In this document: positions 1 to 9,917 of the stretch, piece by piece | Numbering within the stretch: the first letter of the stretch is position 1 | Layout of the letters: each line of letters begins with the position of its first letter | Origin: Candidatus Omnitrophota bacterium | GTDB taxonomy: Bacteria; Omnitrophota; Gorgyraeia; Zapsychrales; Fredricksoniimonadaceae | DNA: 64,000 nucleotides | Direction: 5' to 3' | Assembly: GCA_015233675.1 (NCBI GenBank) | Contig: JADFXH010000001.1 | Span: forward strand, 76,563 to 140,562 | The notes under the pieces: generated by a model | Database searches by the model: none | What the model was told of the DNA's origin: nothing | What the model saw: the letters and a program-made list of their open reading frames with translations, nothing else | Position numbers and translations under genes: made by a program

Positions 1-758
1 GTCCAATAAGGCGTTGTCGACTGTAAAGGCCAGGTAAGAAAGGGCTGTCCTGTTTTTAAACAATATATTCGTATAGATGCCGCTGCAATCATAAAGACTG
101 GGCATAACCAAATTAATACTTTGCGCCTCTTAGGCGCCTGCGCAACCATCGTCCTCACCGCCAAAATAACCAATGGACAGAAGAAATAAAATTGTTCTAA
201 GACAACCAGGGTCCACGTATGCGCTAAAAGCGGGTTAAGCGGGAAATAATTCTGTAAAAATAATAAATGATACACCGCAACCAGCATGCCGCCCGCGATG
301 GCCTCATGGCCTTGCATTATATAAATAGACATACTCACCAGAACCATCAGGCAATAGCAGGGATAAATCCTAAAAAAACGCCGCTGATAAAAATGGACAA
401 CATTGCCCGAGTTAATTTCCTTGCGGGAAAGGATCCCTGTGATCAAAAAACCGCTGATCACCAAAAAAATTTCCACGCCCAGAACACCCTTTAACTGGCT
501 TATAAAATACTCTATATTTTTATAAAATCCTGTTAAATTTATTCCAAAAACTTCATAAGACTTAAAGTAAACCCATTTAAGGATCGGCGGATCGCTTGCA
601 AATAAATAATCAAGTGTAAAGCCGCGGCGGATGTGGTGTGCTAAAATCATAATGATGGCTATAGCCCGAAAGCCATCTAAGAAAGGATAAAATACTTTAG
701 TGGAGGATATAGCAGTGTCAGTTTTTTTATTACTCTTATGGGACAATTTGTTGTCCAA
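1..758 (-). CDS. acyltransferase family 3 (OafA-like) membrane protein, N-terminal part only; the ORF runs off the left edge
   Basis: Own minus-strand translation gives ...FLDGFRAIAIIMILAHH...FYQRRFFRIYP...LAHTWTLVVLEQFYF..., typical acyltransferase_3 motifs. It is open to position 1, so it is absent from the ORF track. Only TTG start candidates exist (746 or 758). Confidence 0.6.
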   Translation of the reverse strand, partial: MDNKLSHKSNKKTDTAISSTKVFYPFLDGFRAIAIIMILAHHIRRGFTLDYLFASDPPILKWVYFKSYEVFGINLTGFYKNIEYFISQLKGVLGVEIFLVISGFLITGILSRKEINSGNVVHFYQRRFFRIYPCYCLMVLVSMSIYIMQGHEAIAGGMLVAVYHLLFLQNYFPLNPLLAHTWTLVVLEQFYFFCPLVILAVRTMVAQAPKRRKVLIWLCPVFMIAAASIRIYCLKTGQPFLTWPLQSTTPYW

Positions 759-763
759 GAATT

Positions 764-778
764 TATATATATATATAT
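764..778. repeat. (TA)n microsatellite
   Basis: tatatatatatatat run directly upstream of the acyltransferase start. Confidence 0.8.
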
Positions 779-865
779 GGCTTTAATTAAATCCCCAATA
801 TTTAGACAATTAATATGCATAAAAAGTTCCTAAAATTTTTATCACAAGTGTCCGGTAAAAATACC

Positions 866-958
866 GTCATCCTGAATCCCGAAAGGACGAAGGACCTTAA
901 GGCAGCCTTAAGATCCTTCGCTTCGCTCAGAATGACAAAGTTATAGTATTCAGAATGA
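866..958. repeat. inverted pair of GTCATYCTGA...GAAGGATC REP-like repeats
   Basis: gtcatcctgaatcccgaaaggacgaaggacc faces agatccttcgcttcgctcagaatgac, followed by a partial cagaatgac. The same family occurs at 24071-24099, 43899-43933 and 58235-58360. Confidence 0.7.
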
Positions 959-987
959 CAAATTTCTCTCTGTGCGCCAAACTAATA

Positions 988-2718
988 CTATTTTTTTACA
1001 ACTAAGTTGACTGCCTTATTTTCTTTATGTGGCAGCTGTGGCCTAATTAAATGCTTAGGCGGCATCTTGCGAATAGAATACGGGGTAATAATATGAAATT
1101 TAGCACACAGATTGCCGATTTCATCAATAAGCGACTGATTATTCTCATTGTATTTTAATTGGCTGATTAAATAGTAAACTTTATGGAAGGCCCAGTCGTG
1201 GGCAACCTGTTTATCAGCCGCTAAAGCGTCTTTAAGAAAAGCGCTTACAATAAATTCCTTTTTATCCTTCGCCATGTCTCCCCGGATTTGGATAACAAAT
1301 TTATTTTCATTCGTATATCTGCCATAAATGACAAATTGAGAGCCTTTAAAGAAATCCGGCATGGTTTGAGGGAAAATTTCTTTATCATTTAAGCCGCTGA
1401 CATAATAGCGCACATTTAAAAGAAGAGGGTCTTTGATCTCATCGTAAAATCTGGAAAATTCCCTTCCCATAAAAGGTTCCCGGTCAACAACTGTTGACCA
1501 GCCGCGATTTTTAAAAGCTATAAAATCCAGCATATACGGGTCAACAGAGACTCCCCCGCCAAATGTAAAAATGCTCACCTTATTGTCATTGATCTTTGAG
1601 ATTTCATTAATCACACGCCTGGCATCGATAATTCCGGTCGTTGGGAATCCATCGCTCATAAACACCCTATAGGAAGGGACAAAAGGGTCCTTTAAATTAA
1701 TGCAAGTGCGCAACGCATTATAAATGTCAGTAGTTGACCAAGACTTCAGGCCTTGAAGAAATTCAACAGCATTCTTTATATTATTTCCATCAGGCTTAAG
1801 AGATGTCGGGCTAAAAGCAATGCTTTTGTCTTTAAAAACAAAAATATTAAAACGGTCGCCCGGATTAAGATGTTTTAAGCTATAGATCAACCCTTCTTCA
1901 AACTGGGCCAATCTCTTCATCCCGATACTTCCTGAAGCATCTACCAGAAAAATGATCTCTTTAGGGATAACCGGAAAATTAATTGTCGCATCTCTCACCT
2001 TTACGGCAAGCTTAAAATATTTATGGCCTGAAACGGGATCCTTGTATTTGAAAAGCTGATAGGTCAACGCTGTGCCCATATCCATGCCTTGGGATTCATG
2101 CTCTATCCCTGAAGAACTTTTCTTCATCATCTGAAACTCACGCTGGGTATTGGCGGTTTTCAAGGGAGCGGCCGAATAAGCATTGGCTGGTATGGCGCTT
2201 TTATCGAGAAAATTCCTGGAAATATCCTCTCCGGAATTAAGAACCGGGGCCCCGGAAGAAAAATTCTCATCAGGTACTTCTCCTAATTCCACCAGATTCT
2301 CACGCACCGAATGGCGGACTTTCTTTGTCATGACCAGATCATTAAGCTGGGACTTCCTGAGGATTTGATCTTCATGAATCGATGATGGGACAAGGGCTTG
2401 TTTGCTTTTTTGAACAGATGACTCAATGTTATTTTTAATCAATTCTTCAGATTCTATCAAAGGCTTGCTTTCCATTGTATTGGTAAAATTACTGTCCGGC
2501 TTAAGGGCTTTATGGGAAGACTGCGTGTCAAATTTCAATTTATCCAGCCCCATGCTCTCTTGCCTGTCAATCTTGACGTGGAAAACAGTTTCAGGCCTCT
2601 CGGGAAAAGGAATAGCCGGCAGGATTTTGACAAAATAACTCCATACCAAAAATCCGATATGCATCAAAATAGAGGCCCAAAGGGCAATCCATATTCTTTT
2701 TCTGACTTTTATTCTCAC
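988..2718 (-). CDS. membrane-anchored von Willebrand factor type A (vWA) domain protein
   Basis: N-terminal TM helix and a low-complexity linker. vWA MIDAS motif FLVDASGSIG, followed by the downstream SDG and TFGGG segments. 4-nt overlap with the upstream TPR gene. Confidence 0.75.
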   Translation of the reverse strand: MRIKVRKRIWIALWASILMHIGFLVWSYFVKILPAIPFPERPETVFHVKIDRQESMGLDKLKFDTQSSHKALKPDSNFTNTMESKPLIESEELIKNNIESSVQKSKQALVPSSIHEDQILRKSQLNDLVMTKKVRHSVRENLVELGEVPDENFSSGAPVLNSGEDISRNFLDKSAIPANAYSAAPLKTANTQREFQMMKKSSSGIEHESQGMDMGTALTYQLFKYKDPVSGHKYFKLAVKVRDATINFPVIPKEIIFLVDASGSIGMKRLAQFEEGLIYSLKHLNPGDRFNIFVFKDKSIAFSPTSLKPDGNNIKNAVEFLQGLKSWSTTDIYNALRTCINLKDPFVPSYRVFMSDGFPTTGIIDARRVINEISKINDNKVSIFTFGGGVSVDPYMLDFIAFKNRGWSTVVDREPFMGREFSRFYDEIKDPLLLNVRYYVSGLNDKEIFPQTMPDFFKGSQFVIYGRYTNENKFVIQIRGDMAKDKKEFIVSAFLKDALAADKQVAHDWAFHKVYYLISQLKYNENNQSLIDEIGNLCAKFHIITPYSIRKMPPKHLIRPQLPHKENKAVNLVVKK

Positions 2719-5144
2719 TTTAAAAGACCAACCCTTTCCCCGGCATATTGAGCCGCTGTGCTATTTTTATATTTAGCCAGGACCTCCAAATACATTTTTA
2801 AGGCATCGCCTTTGCGCTCAAGGCGTTCAGAAATTTTGGCGGCACGCAATAAACTCTCGGAGCAAAAATAGTCATTATCATAGATGGTTGCCACTAAAAT
2901 ATATAATTTAAGCGCTTCACCAAAATTGCCCTGGGAACCTTCGAGGTTGGCCATCTCAAATCTGGCGTGCGCCGTGACCGTATAGTCATCAGGATTTTCA
3001 TCTAAAGCTTTTTTAAATTCTTGCTTGGCCTCATCAAATTTATTGGCCTTCATTAAACATAAACCATAGCCGATATGCGCGCTGCCGGTATACACATTCT
3101 TTTCCTTTGACGAGGTAACCTGGCTATAAATTTTATCTGCCTCATCGCAGCTGCCCTGTCCCCGCAAGGCTTCGGCCTTAAAATATTCTATTTCCAATAG
3201 GCTTGACTGGGAGAATTTTTTTTCGGCCAAGGCGGCAATGCGCAAAACATCATCATATTTTTGTAACTTTAGATATTCATTACAAACCCAAACATAGGTC
3301 TTTATTTGTAAATCATTTTGGTCCGCCTTGCTGATCAATTGGTCAAAATAAGTCCTGGCTTGGTCTTCTTTTTTCTGTTCCAAATAAATGATCGCCAAAT
3401 TCTTAAGAGCAGCAAGATAAAATTTGCCTTCTTCTTTCTGTCCATCGACTTGGGCATAAGCAGCCAGGGCTTGATCGCTATTGCCTAAAAGCTGTTGATC
3501 AAACCCTAATAAAAAATAAGCGGAATTAGGCCTTTGAACAGATTCAGGCTTTGCCAGATATCCCTGCAATAATTTGACCGCTTCCTGAAGATGATTATTT
3601 TTGCCGTAAGTATCTGCCAGAATAAGCAGGACTTCGCTGTATTTTTCCCCGTTTGGAAATGCCTTTATATATTCTTGGGCATTACTGATGATCTCATTCA
3701 CATCTGAGGATTGGACAGAGGTCATGACCGCGTCGAACAAAGCTTCGCTTTTCAAATTAGGATCATCCTGAGTGTTGTAATATTTCAAGAAAAGAACTTC
3801 CGACTCTTTATTCCTGCCCATTTGGCGGCGGGCATGAGCCTCACCCAAAAGGGCAGATTTTACAAAACGGGACTCCGGAAAATTTGAACTAACATTCTCA
3901 AAAAAATTAAACGCATGATCATAATCTCCAAGGCCGTAATAGCCCTGAGCTTTTAAAAAGAAATTTTCATCCGCACTGCCGGTATTCTCAGAGGAATAGG
4001 CATCCAATAATGCCACGCCGTCTTTATACTTCTTCTCTCTAATCAGAATGTCTGCTTTCTTAATAAAAATTTTGGCCCTCTCATTAGATTTTAATGCCGG
4101 GAGAGCAAGCATACGGTCCAAAAGTTCATTGGCCTGTTCATATTTCTTCAACTCTATGTAAGCCAGCACTGCCGCAAAATGAATTGAATAAAAGGTGTCA
4201 TCATTTTTGATCTTTTGAGCGTCTTTTTGATACTCATTTAATAATTCGTCGTACTGCCCCAAATTAAAATAAGATAGAAGTAAATTAGCCAAGGCTTCAT
4301 TAGTATATTCCAGATTGGGATATTGGCTTATTACCTGTCCAAAACCTTTGACCGCATCTGCATATTTGCCGGATAAAAACTGAAGTTCGGCGGCCCTGTA
4401 ATTTAACTCGCCTTTTAAAGAATCATCCCCTGCTAGCGACATTGATTTTGCATAGGCGTCCATAGCTTCACTGTAATGCCCGTTTTGTGCCTGTATTTGC
4501 CCGATTTCTTTTAAGGCATAAGCTGTGTATGCAGACGCCCCCTCAACCTGGGCTGCCTTTTGAAAATAATCCAGGGCAGAAGCAATATCTATTTTGCCTT
4601 GATAAGCTTGGGCCGTATAAAAATAAAAAGATTGAAGCATCTCCCCTTTTAACTGCTTTTGAGCTTCGATGGATGTTAAATCTTTGAGGGCCTCATCATA
4701 TTTTTTCTGTTGAATGTCTATCTGGCCCAGACGCAATAAACTCATCGGCAATTGCTCTGAATTAGGATAAAGCTGGTTAAACCGGTTAAAAGCATCAACT
4801 GCTTTATTGAAATCCTGAGATAAAAAATACCCTTCACCTAAAGACAAATATGCTTCCGGCAAAGAGGGGCTGTGCGGATAATCACTGATAAACTTCTGGT
4901 ATTGGGAAATGGCCATATCATACATGCCGCGAGAAAGCAAACCTTGAGCAAAATCCAGTTGATCTGTTTCTTGTTGTATAGAAAAATTTACCTGTCCATT
5001 TCCCGAAGCCAAAGGACCTTCGGTTTTCTTAGAAGGTATCGCAGTCACAAAGCCCGGCTTTACAGATTCCTGCGCATAAACAGGCATTGAACCTGCCCAA
5101 AAAAACAAAGAAATGCCAATAATAAAAATGGGCTTGTGACTCAT
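2715..5144 (-). CDS. secreted tetratricopeptide (TPR) repeat protein
   Basis: Signal peptide (MSHKPIFIIGISLFFWAGSMPVYA) and many A/Y/L-periodic TPR-like repeats. Abuts exbD with no gap. Confidence 0.75.
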   Translation of the reverse strand: MSHKPIFIIGISLFFWAGSMPVYAQESVKPGFVTAIPSKKTEGPLASGNGQVNFSIQQETDQLDFAQGLLSRGMYDMAISQYQKFISDYPHSPSLPEAYLSLGEGYFLSQDFNKAVDAFNRFNQLYPNSEQLPMSLLRLGQIDIQQKKYDEALKDLTSIEAQKQLKGEMLQSFYFYTAQAYQGKIDIASALDYFQKAAQVEGASAYTAYALKEIGQIQAQNGHYSEAMDAYAKSMSLAGDDSLKGELNYRAAELQFLSGKYADAVKGFGQVISQYPNLEYTNEALANLLLSYFNLGQYDELLNEYQKDAQKIKNDDTFYSIHFAAVLAYIELKKYEQANELLDRMLALPALKSNERAKIFIKKADILIREKKYKDGVALLDAYSSENTGSADENFFLKAQGYYGLGDYDHAFNFFENVSSNFPESRFVKSALLGEAHARRQMGRNKESEVLFLKYYNTQDDPNLKSEALFDAVMTSVQSSDVNEIISNAQEYIKAFPNGEKYSEVLLILADTYGKNNHLQEAVKLLQGYLAKPESVQRPNSAYFLLGFDQQLLGNSDQALAAYAQVDGQKEEGKFYLAALKNLAIIYLEQKKEDQARTYFDQLISKADQNDLQIKTYVWVCNEYLKLQKYDDVLRIAALAEKKFSQSSLLEIEYFKAEALRGQGSCDEADKIYSQVTSSKEKNVYTGSAHIGYGLCLMKANKFDEAKQEFKKALDENPDDYTVTAHARFEMANLEGSQGNFGEALKLYILVATIYDNDYFCSESLLRAAKISERLERKGDALKMYLEVLAKYKNSTAAQYAGERVGLLK

Positions 5145-5585
5145 TTACTGGCTCTCATCCCTGGTCGTTGAAAAAGAAACATCCGAAAGATTTGAACGCC
5201 CGCAGGCATCCAGGACTTGTATCACATATTTATGGTAGCTTAGCTCATCAGCACGGATAATGACTCTTTGATTTGGGAATAGTTTTGAAACTTCTCTAAG
5301 CATGATTTCCAGGCCGTTGCCGGTATATTCCTTCTGGTTAACAATAAAACGCCCGTCTTTGGTAATATTAATAACAATCTTGCCGGAACTTTGAGAGGGC
5401 TGGATAGCTGTTTTGGATTTTGGCAGTGTCAGGTTCACCTGGACTTCCATCTGGTTAAAGACAGCAATGATCATAAAAAACATCAAAGCCCAAAAAGCTA
5501 TATCTACCAAAGGAGCTAATTGGATCATCGGCCGTTGCTTATGATATTCGGAAAAATCAAATTTAGGCATAAACAGCTCCCGCAT
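5145..5585 (-). CDS. exbD: biopolymer transport protein ExbD/TolR
   Basis: 146 aa with a single N-terminal TM (LAPLVDIAFWALMFFMI) and an ExbD-like periplasmic domain. Follows exbB. Confidence 0.8.
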   Translation of the reverse strand: MRELFMPKFDFSEYHKQRPMIQLAPLVDIAFWALMFFMIIAVFNQMEVQVNLTLPKSKTAIQPSQSSGKIVINITKDGRFIVNQKEYTGNGLEIMLREVSKLFPNQRVIIRADELSYHKYVIQVLDACGRSNLSDVSFSTTRDESQ

Positions 5586-5630
5586 TTGCCACTCCTTAAT
5601 TCCTGAAGCAGAGTGACAGTATTTATTATT

Positions 5631-6383
5631 TTATCGTTTTTGAACTGCCTTGATAATATCAGTGCTGTATATCTCAATCATATTAGTGATTTGTTGGACC
5701 TGCCCTCTAAAATAGGAATACGCAATTAAAGCAGGAATAGCCACAATAAGCCCCGAGGCTGTGGTCACCATGGCCTTGGAAATACCCGCGGCTAAAAGGG
5801 TGGTTTTAAGACTGGCTGATTGCAGGGGGACTGCATGAAAAGCCTGGATCATCCCCAGAACTGTTCCCAATAACCCCAAGAGGGGTGCAACCGCGACGAT
5901 GTCTGAGAGATAACTAATATTCTGCCAAAGATTGGTCAGCTCAACGCGGGCGGTATTTTCCATCGCTTCCCGGGCGGAGTCATCCATCGGATTTTTGCGC
6001 TCAAGACCGGCAAGAACAATTTTGGAAATGATGGTATTATTTTGATTGAGACACATGGTTTTAGCGGCAGGCAAATCCCTGCTTTCAATCTTGCGCATCA
6101 CTTCATCAAAAAGCCTGCGAGGGGCCAGCTTATTAACATTAAGCATCATCAAGTCATAAATAATAATGGCAACTCCCACCACTGAGAGGAATCCGATAAC
6201 GATCATGACCCCCCCTCCGGCTTTTAACGTTTGCCAAAGGGTCATTTCTGCAGGCATTTGGCCTGCCCCTGAAACGGACAAATCAGACGCTTGCGCATAA
6301 GCAAGATGCGGATGACAATTTAGCAGTAATAAAAAAATAAACGCCCATCCTGCGACCGGTAAAATATTCCTTGGTTTCGCCAT
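5631..6383 (-). CDS. exbB: MotA/TolQ/ExbB proton channel family protein
   Basis: 250 aa. The C-terminal half matches the MotA_ExbB pattern (APLLGLLGTVLGMIQAF...GISKAMVTTASGLIVAIPALIAY). Confidence 0.8.
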   Translation of the reverse strand: MAKPRNILPVAGWAFIFLLLLNCHPHLAYAQASDLSVSGAGQMPAEMTLWQTLKAGGGVMIVIGFLSVVGVAIIIYDLMMLNVNKLAPRRLFDEVMRKIESRDLPAAKTMCLNQNNTIISKIVLAGLERKNPMDDSAREAMENTARVELTNLWQNISYLSDIVAVAPLLGLLGTVLGMIQAFHAVPLQSASLKTTLLAAGISKAMVTTASGLIVAIPALIAYSYFRGQVQQITNMIEIYSTDIIKAVQKR

Positions 6384-6533
6384 GTGTTGACTCCTTGTTG
6401 TCGTTTTGTATATTTTTTAATTGGGAAACGATCGATATTTATGTTTGTGTTAATTTTATCCTATATTTTAAAACAATACAAGAATAAGAAAATGTAATAT
6501 TGAAAGATAAATTTTAGAATATAATAGAAAAAT

Positions 6534-7223
6534 ATGAGCCTTATCCGTTTGATCATTTGCTGTTTATTCTTTTTAATGCCTTTCCTGAAAGCCGAGGCCC
6601 AAGATGAGACTGCGCTGCAGCTTATGCAAAGAGTGCAGGCATCGCTGGTGGAAGTGCGAAGTGTCGATAGCAAAACTTTTAATGAAGCCAATGGCCATGC
6701 AAAAGTCGCCTCTTACCATTCCCAGGGATCCGGCGTTATCATCGATTCACATGGGATCATTGTCACCAATACCCACATTGTCGCCAATGCCCCTAAAATT
6801 TTTGTCGGTTTATCCGACGGCACAATCCTGGAAGCCAAGCTCGTTTATTCCAGTGACGCTGATTTTAGTTTTATAAAAATTGATCCGGCCTCTGTGCTTC
6901 GGGCAATCTCGTGGGCTGACTCTTCGCAGGCCAAGGTCGGGACCCCTATTATCGCCTTGAGCAATGCCGATGATGAGCATCAACACATCATGGGCGGGGA
7001 AATCACCAGCCTGATCAACGGCATGTCTTCCAACAGCGTGGAAGCCTTCGAATTAAACCTTACTCTTTATCATGGAGACAGCGGCGGCCCCCTTTTAGAC
7101 AGCCAGGGTCATTTATTAGGGCTGGTCATGGGCAAGAAATTGGATGCCAGCGACAAAAGTTATGCCATCGCTTCCAATAAAATCCAGCAGGAATATTTAC
7201 GGTACAGCCAAAGCTTACCCTAG
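6534..7223 (+). CDS. secreted trypsin-like serine protease (S1C-like, no PDZ domain)
   Basis: Signal peptide, TNTHIV (His), and the GDSGGPLLD catalytic Ser motif. Confidence 0.7.
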   Translation: MSLIRLIICCLFFLMPFLKAEAQDETALQLMQRVQASLVEVRSVDSKTFNEANGHAKVASYHSQGSGVIIDSHGIIVTNTHIVANAPKIFVGLSDGTILEAKLVYSSDADFSFIKIDPASVLRAISWADSSQAKVGTPIIALSNADDEHQHIMGGEITSLINGMSSNSVEAFELNLTLYHGDSGGPLLDSQGHLLGLVMGKKLDASDKSYAIASNKIQQEYLRYSQSLP

Positions 7224-7231
7224 GAGAAAAA

Positions 7232-7561
7232 ATGACAACCATCATACTTTTGACGATTTCCAATATTTTTATGACCATTGCCTGGTACGGGCATTTAAAA
7301 TATAAAAGTTCACCGTTGTGGATGGCTATTTTAATCAGCTGGCTGATTGCTTCTTTCGAATATTGTTTTCAAGTGCCTGCTAATCGTATCGGATACGGCC
7401 AATTTAGTGCGGCACAGCTAAAGACGATTCAGGAAGTTATTACCCTGATCGTCTTTAGCGTTTTTTCAATAGTGTATTTAAAAGAAAATTTGAAATGGAA
7501 TGTTGTTGTTGGTTTTTTATGTATGGTCGCCGCGGTATTTTTTATCTTCAAAAAATGGTGA
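7232..7561 (+). CDS. small DMT-superfamily membrane protein (DUF486-like)
   Basis: 109 aa with about 4 TM helices. N-terminal pattern ISNIFMTIAWYGHLKY is typical of this family. Confidence 0.55.
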   Translation: MTTIILLTISNIFMTIAWYGHLKYKSSPLWMAILISWLIASFEYCFQVPANRIGYGQFSAAQLKTIQEVITLIVFSVFSIVYLKENLKWNVVVGFLCMVAAVFFIFKKW

Positions 7562-7572
7562 AGCCTAACAGC

Positions 7573-8031
7573 CTATTTCCCGTACATGGCTTGTAACTGA
7601 GCCTCTGAAGGGACTTGGTCATAATATTCCCCTTGCGGCCCGACATAACCGTTCCCGGATCTTTTAAGGACGACTGCCGTGTACCCCCCGTTGCTATTGG
7701 AAACATTAACAGTGACAGAGTCTCCAGAATATGTTGCCGATGGCACAACCACAGGAGCTGGTTGAGTTACAATGACCGGCGCTGGCTGAGGAGGCGGCTC
7801 CGGCTTTTGAATTTGAGAACCTACTGCCGCCCCAGCGACGGCACCCACCGCACCTCCAATGAGCATGCCGGCCCCGGTATCATGGCTTTGATGGCCTATG
7901 ACGCCTCCGGCAACTGCGCCAAGAAGCCCTCCGGCAACAGCACCTTCACCCTCATTATTATAAGGATTAGCACAGCCGGAAATACCGGCTAAAAAAACAA
8001 TCACCATGGACAAATAAAAACATTTTTTCAT
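7573..8031 (-). CDS. glycine-zipper lipoprotein (paralog 1)
   Basis: Lipobox LAGISGC, a glycine-zipper stretch GGLLGAVAGGVIG...GGAVGAVAGAAVG, and a Pro-rich linker. Close paralog of 13228..13686. Confidence 0.6.
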   Translation of the reverse strand: MKKCFYLSMVIVFLAGISGCANPYNNEGEGAVAGGLLGAVAGGVIGHQSHDTGAGMLIGGAVGAVAGAAVGSQIQKPEPPPQPAPVIVTQPAPVVVPSATYSGDSVTVNVSNSNGGYTAVVLKRSGNGYVGPQGEYYDQVPSEAQLQAMYGK

Positions 8032-8088
8032 TTTACATCTCCTTTTTAGGAAAGGGGACAGCCCCCTTCAACTGCTTCAAAAGTTCTA

Positions 8089-9879
8089 TTAACAGGGGCT
8101 TCCGAATAAAAAACCTTGTCCAAGTTCAACGCCCAGAGAACGAATGACCCTAAGGTCGTCTTCAGTCTCAATACCCTCTACAATAGTTTGAGCATTGAGT
8201 GAACGCGCCACTTTCAGTAATCGTTCAAGCGAACGCTGCCTTCCATTATCCCTTGCTATCCCAATATTGATTTTTTTATCAATTTTTATAACATCAGGCT
8301 CCAGAATTATCAAACTTTCAAGGCTGCTCCGGCCAAATCCGACGTCGTCAATAGCGATGCGTATCCCCCCCTCTTTTAAAGCCATAATCGGTTTAAGAAC
8401 CCTGGAAAGATCAGAAATGATCAGTTCTTCACTTAGTTCCAGGCAAAATTCTTTCCGACGGTCCAGAGGGAATTCCTTAAGAATGTTTTCCGGAGGTATT
8501 TCAACAGCTGTCGTCGGATAGAGATTCAGGTGCTTGTGAATTCCATGCTGTATATTCTTCGCCGACTGAACACAATTCTGCAAACACAGCCTGTCAACTA
8601 TGGTCAACATCTGGTTTTCTTGACACAAATGGAAAAAATCCTGGGGCATCTCAAACATATGAACATTAAGACGACTTAAAAATTCATAACCAAATAAACT
8701 CATATCTGCCAAACGATAAATTGGCTGTTTGACCACATGATACGACTGAGCTTGATTCATGGCCACAAGCACTTGCTTAAGAGCTCCCTCCTGGGAGCCT
8801 TCCGAAATTATGCGGTTTTTGCCGGAAACCTTGCTGCACTTTAAAACAAACTGACCTTTCCTTAAAATCCCATCAATGGAAAAATTTTCATCCTTGACCT
8901 GCACAAGCCCTAAACTCCCTGTCACCTGAATAACAGATTCATTGATGATGCACTCAGTATTAGAGATTGCATAACGGATTTTTTCTGCAACACCAAAACC
9001 GTCTCCTAAACGAAGTTGTGGCAATAAAATAATGAACTCATCACCGCCAATCCTCGCGATATAGTCCACCGAGCGCAGGGTATTGCGAAGGTTCTTTGTA
9101 ACTTCCCGTAAAACGGCGTCTCCTGCGACGTGACCGTATGTGTCGTTGATCCTTTTAAAATTATCAAGATCCAACAATACGGCCAGAAGGCTTGTACCGT
9201 AGCGCTCAGCCCAAGAGCCCTCCCTTGCCAGGACCCGCTGCAAGCCCCGGCGGTTAAGCACCCCCGTCAGGGGGTCTGTCAGCGTCAATTCTTCCAATTG
9301 CACGAGCATTTGCTCATTTTCCTTGTTCTTTTGCTCCAGCTCCCGATTTGAACGCTCCAGCTCTTCTTTAAGGCGTGCCAGCTTTTCTTCCTGTTCTTTG
9401 CGCTCAGTAATTTCTTCTTTAATCGCTATAAAGGCCGTAATGACCCCATCGGAATTCTTAAGCGGCGAAATTAAAGCTGACTCCCAATATAATTGCCCAT
9501 CTTTTCTTTTATTACGAAACTCACCTTTCCACACCCGGCCGGCCTTAACGGTCTTCCAAAGTTCTTCATAAAATTCCTTTGGGTGGAACCCTGATTTTAA
9601 GATCCTGGGGTTCTGGCCTTTGAGTTCCCGCCATGTATACCCGCTTGTCTGCTCATACTTAGGATTGACATATTCCAAGTTCCCCTCGGTATCTGTCATT
9701 TCGACCGATACAGGGCTTTGCTCCACGGTCTGGGTCATCCTTAAAACATTGTTTTCTACAAGTTTACATTTGGCGATTTCTTTTTCTAAAACCTCACCGG
9801 AAACGCCCGTGCTTTTAAACTTGTTAACAATTTCATTTAAACACTCGAAAAACTGTTCATTTAATTCTTGATTGTCCAT
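8089..9879 (-). CDS. PAS - GGDEF - EAL signalling protein (c-di-GMP turnover)
   Basis: PAS region and a coiled coil. Intact GGDEF (RIGGDEFIILL). EAL domain with the variant EFLSR plus DDVGFGRSSL, EGIETE and QGFLFG. Confidence 0.85.
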   Translation of the reverse strand: MDNQELNEQFFECLNEIVNKFKSTGVSGEVLEKEIAKCKLVENNVLRMTQTVEQSPVSVEMTDTEGNLEYVNPKYEQTSGYTWRELKGQNPRILKSGFHPKEFYEELWKTVKAGRVWKGEFRNKRKDGQLYWESALISPLKNSDGVITAFIAIKEEITERKEQEEKLARLKEELERSNRELEQKNKENEQMLVQLEELTLTDPLTGVLNRRGLQRVLAREGSWAERYGTSLLAVLLDLDNFKRINDTYGHVAGDAVLREVTKNLRNTLRSVDYIARIGGDEFIILLPQLRLGDGFGVAEKIRYAISNTECIINESVIQVTGSLGLVQVKDENFSIDGILRKGQFVLKCSKVSGKNRIISEGSQEGALKQVLVAMNQAQSYHVVKQPIYRLADMSLFGYEFLSRLNVHMFEMPQDFFHLCQENQMLTIVDRLCLQNCVQSAKNIQHGIHKHLNLYPTTAVEIPPENILKEFPLDRRKEFCLELSEELIISDLSRVLKPIMALKEGGIRIAIDDVGFGRSSLESLIILEPDVIKIDKKINIGIARDNGRQRSLERLLKVARSLNAQTIVEGIETEDDLRVIRSLGVELGQGFLFGSPC

Positions 9880-9917
9880 ACTCTTTTTGTATTTCTCAGG
9901 TATATTTTATATCTGCA

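Noticed and set aside
267-494. 75-aa plus-strand ORF
   Set aside because: It is antisense to a clear acyltransferase-3 reading frame that is open to the window edge.
8089-9879. EAL domain possibly degenerate (EFL instead of EAL)
   Set aside because: The other catalytic and metal-binding blocks (DDVGFG, EGIETE, QGFLFG) look intact. A middle-residue variant alone does not indicate inactivity.
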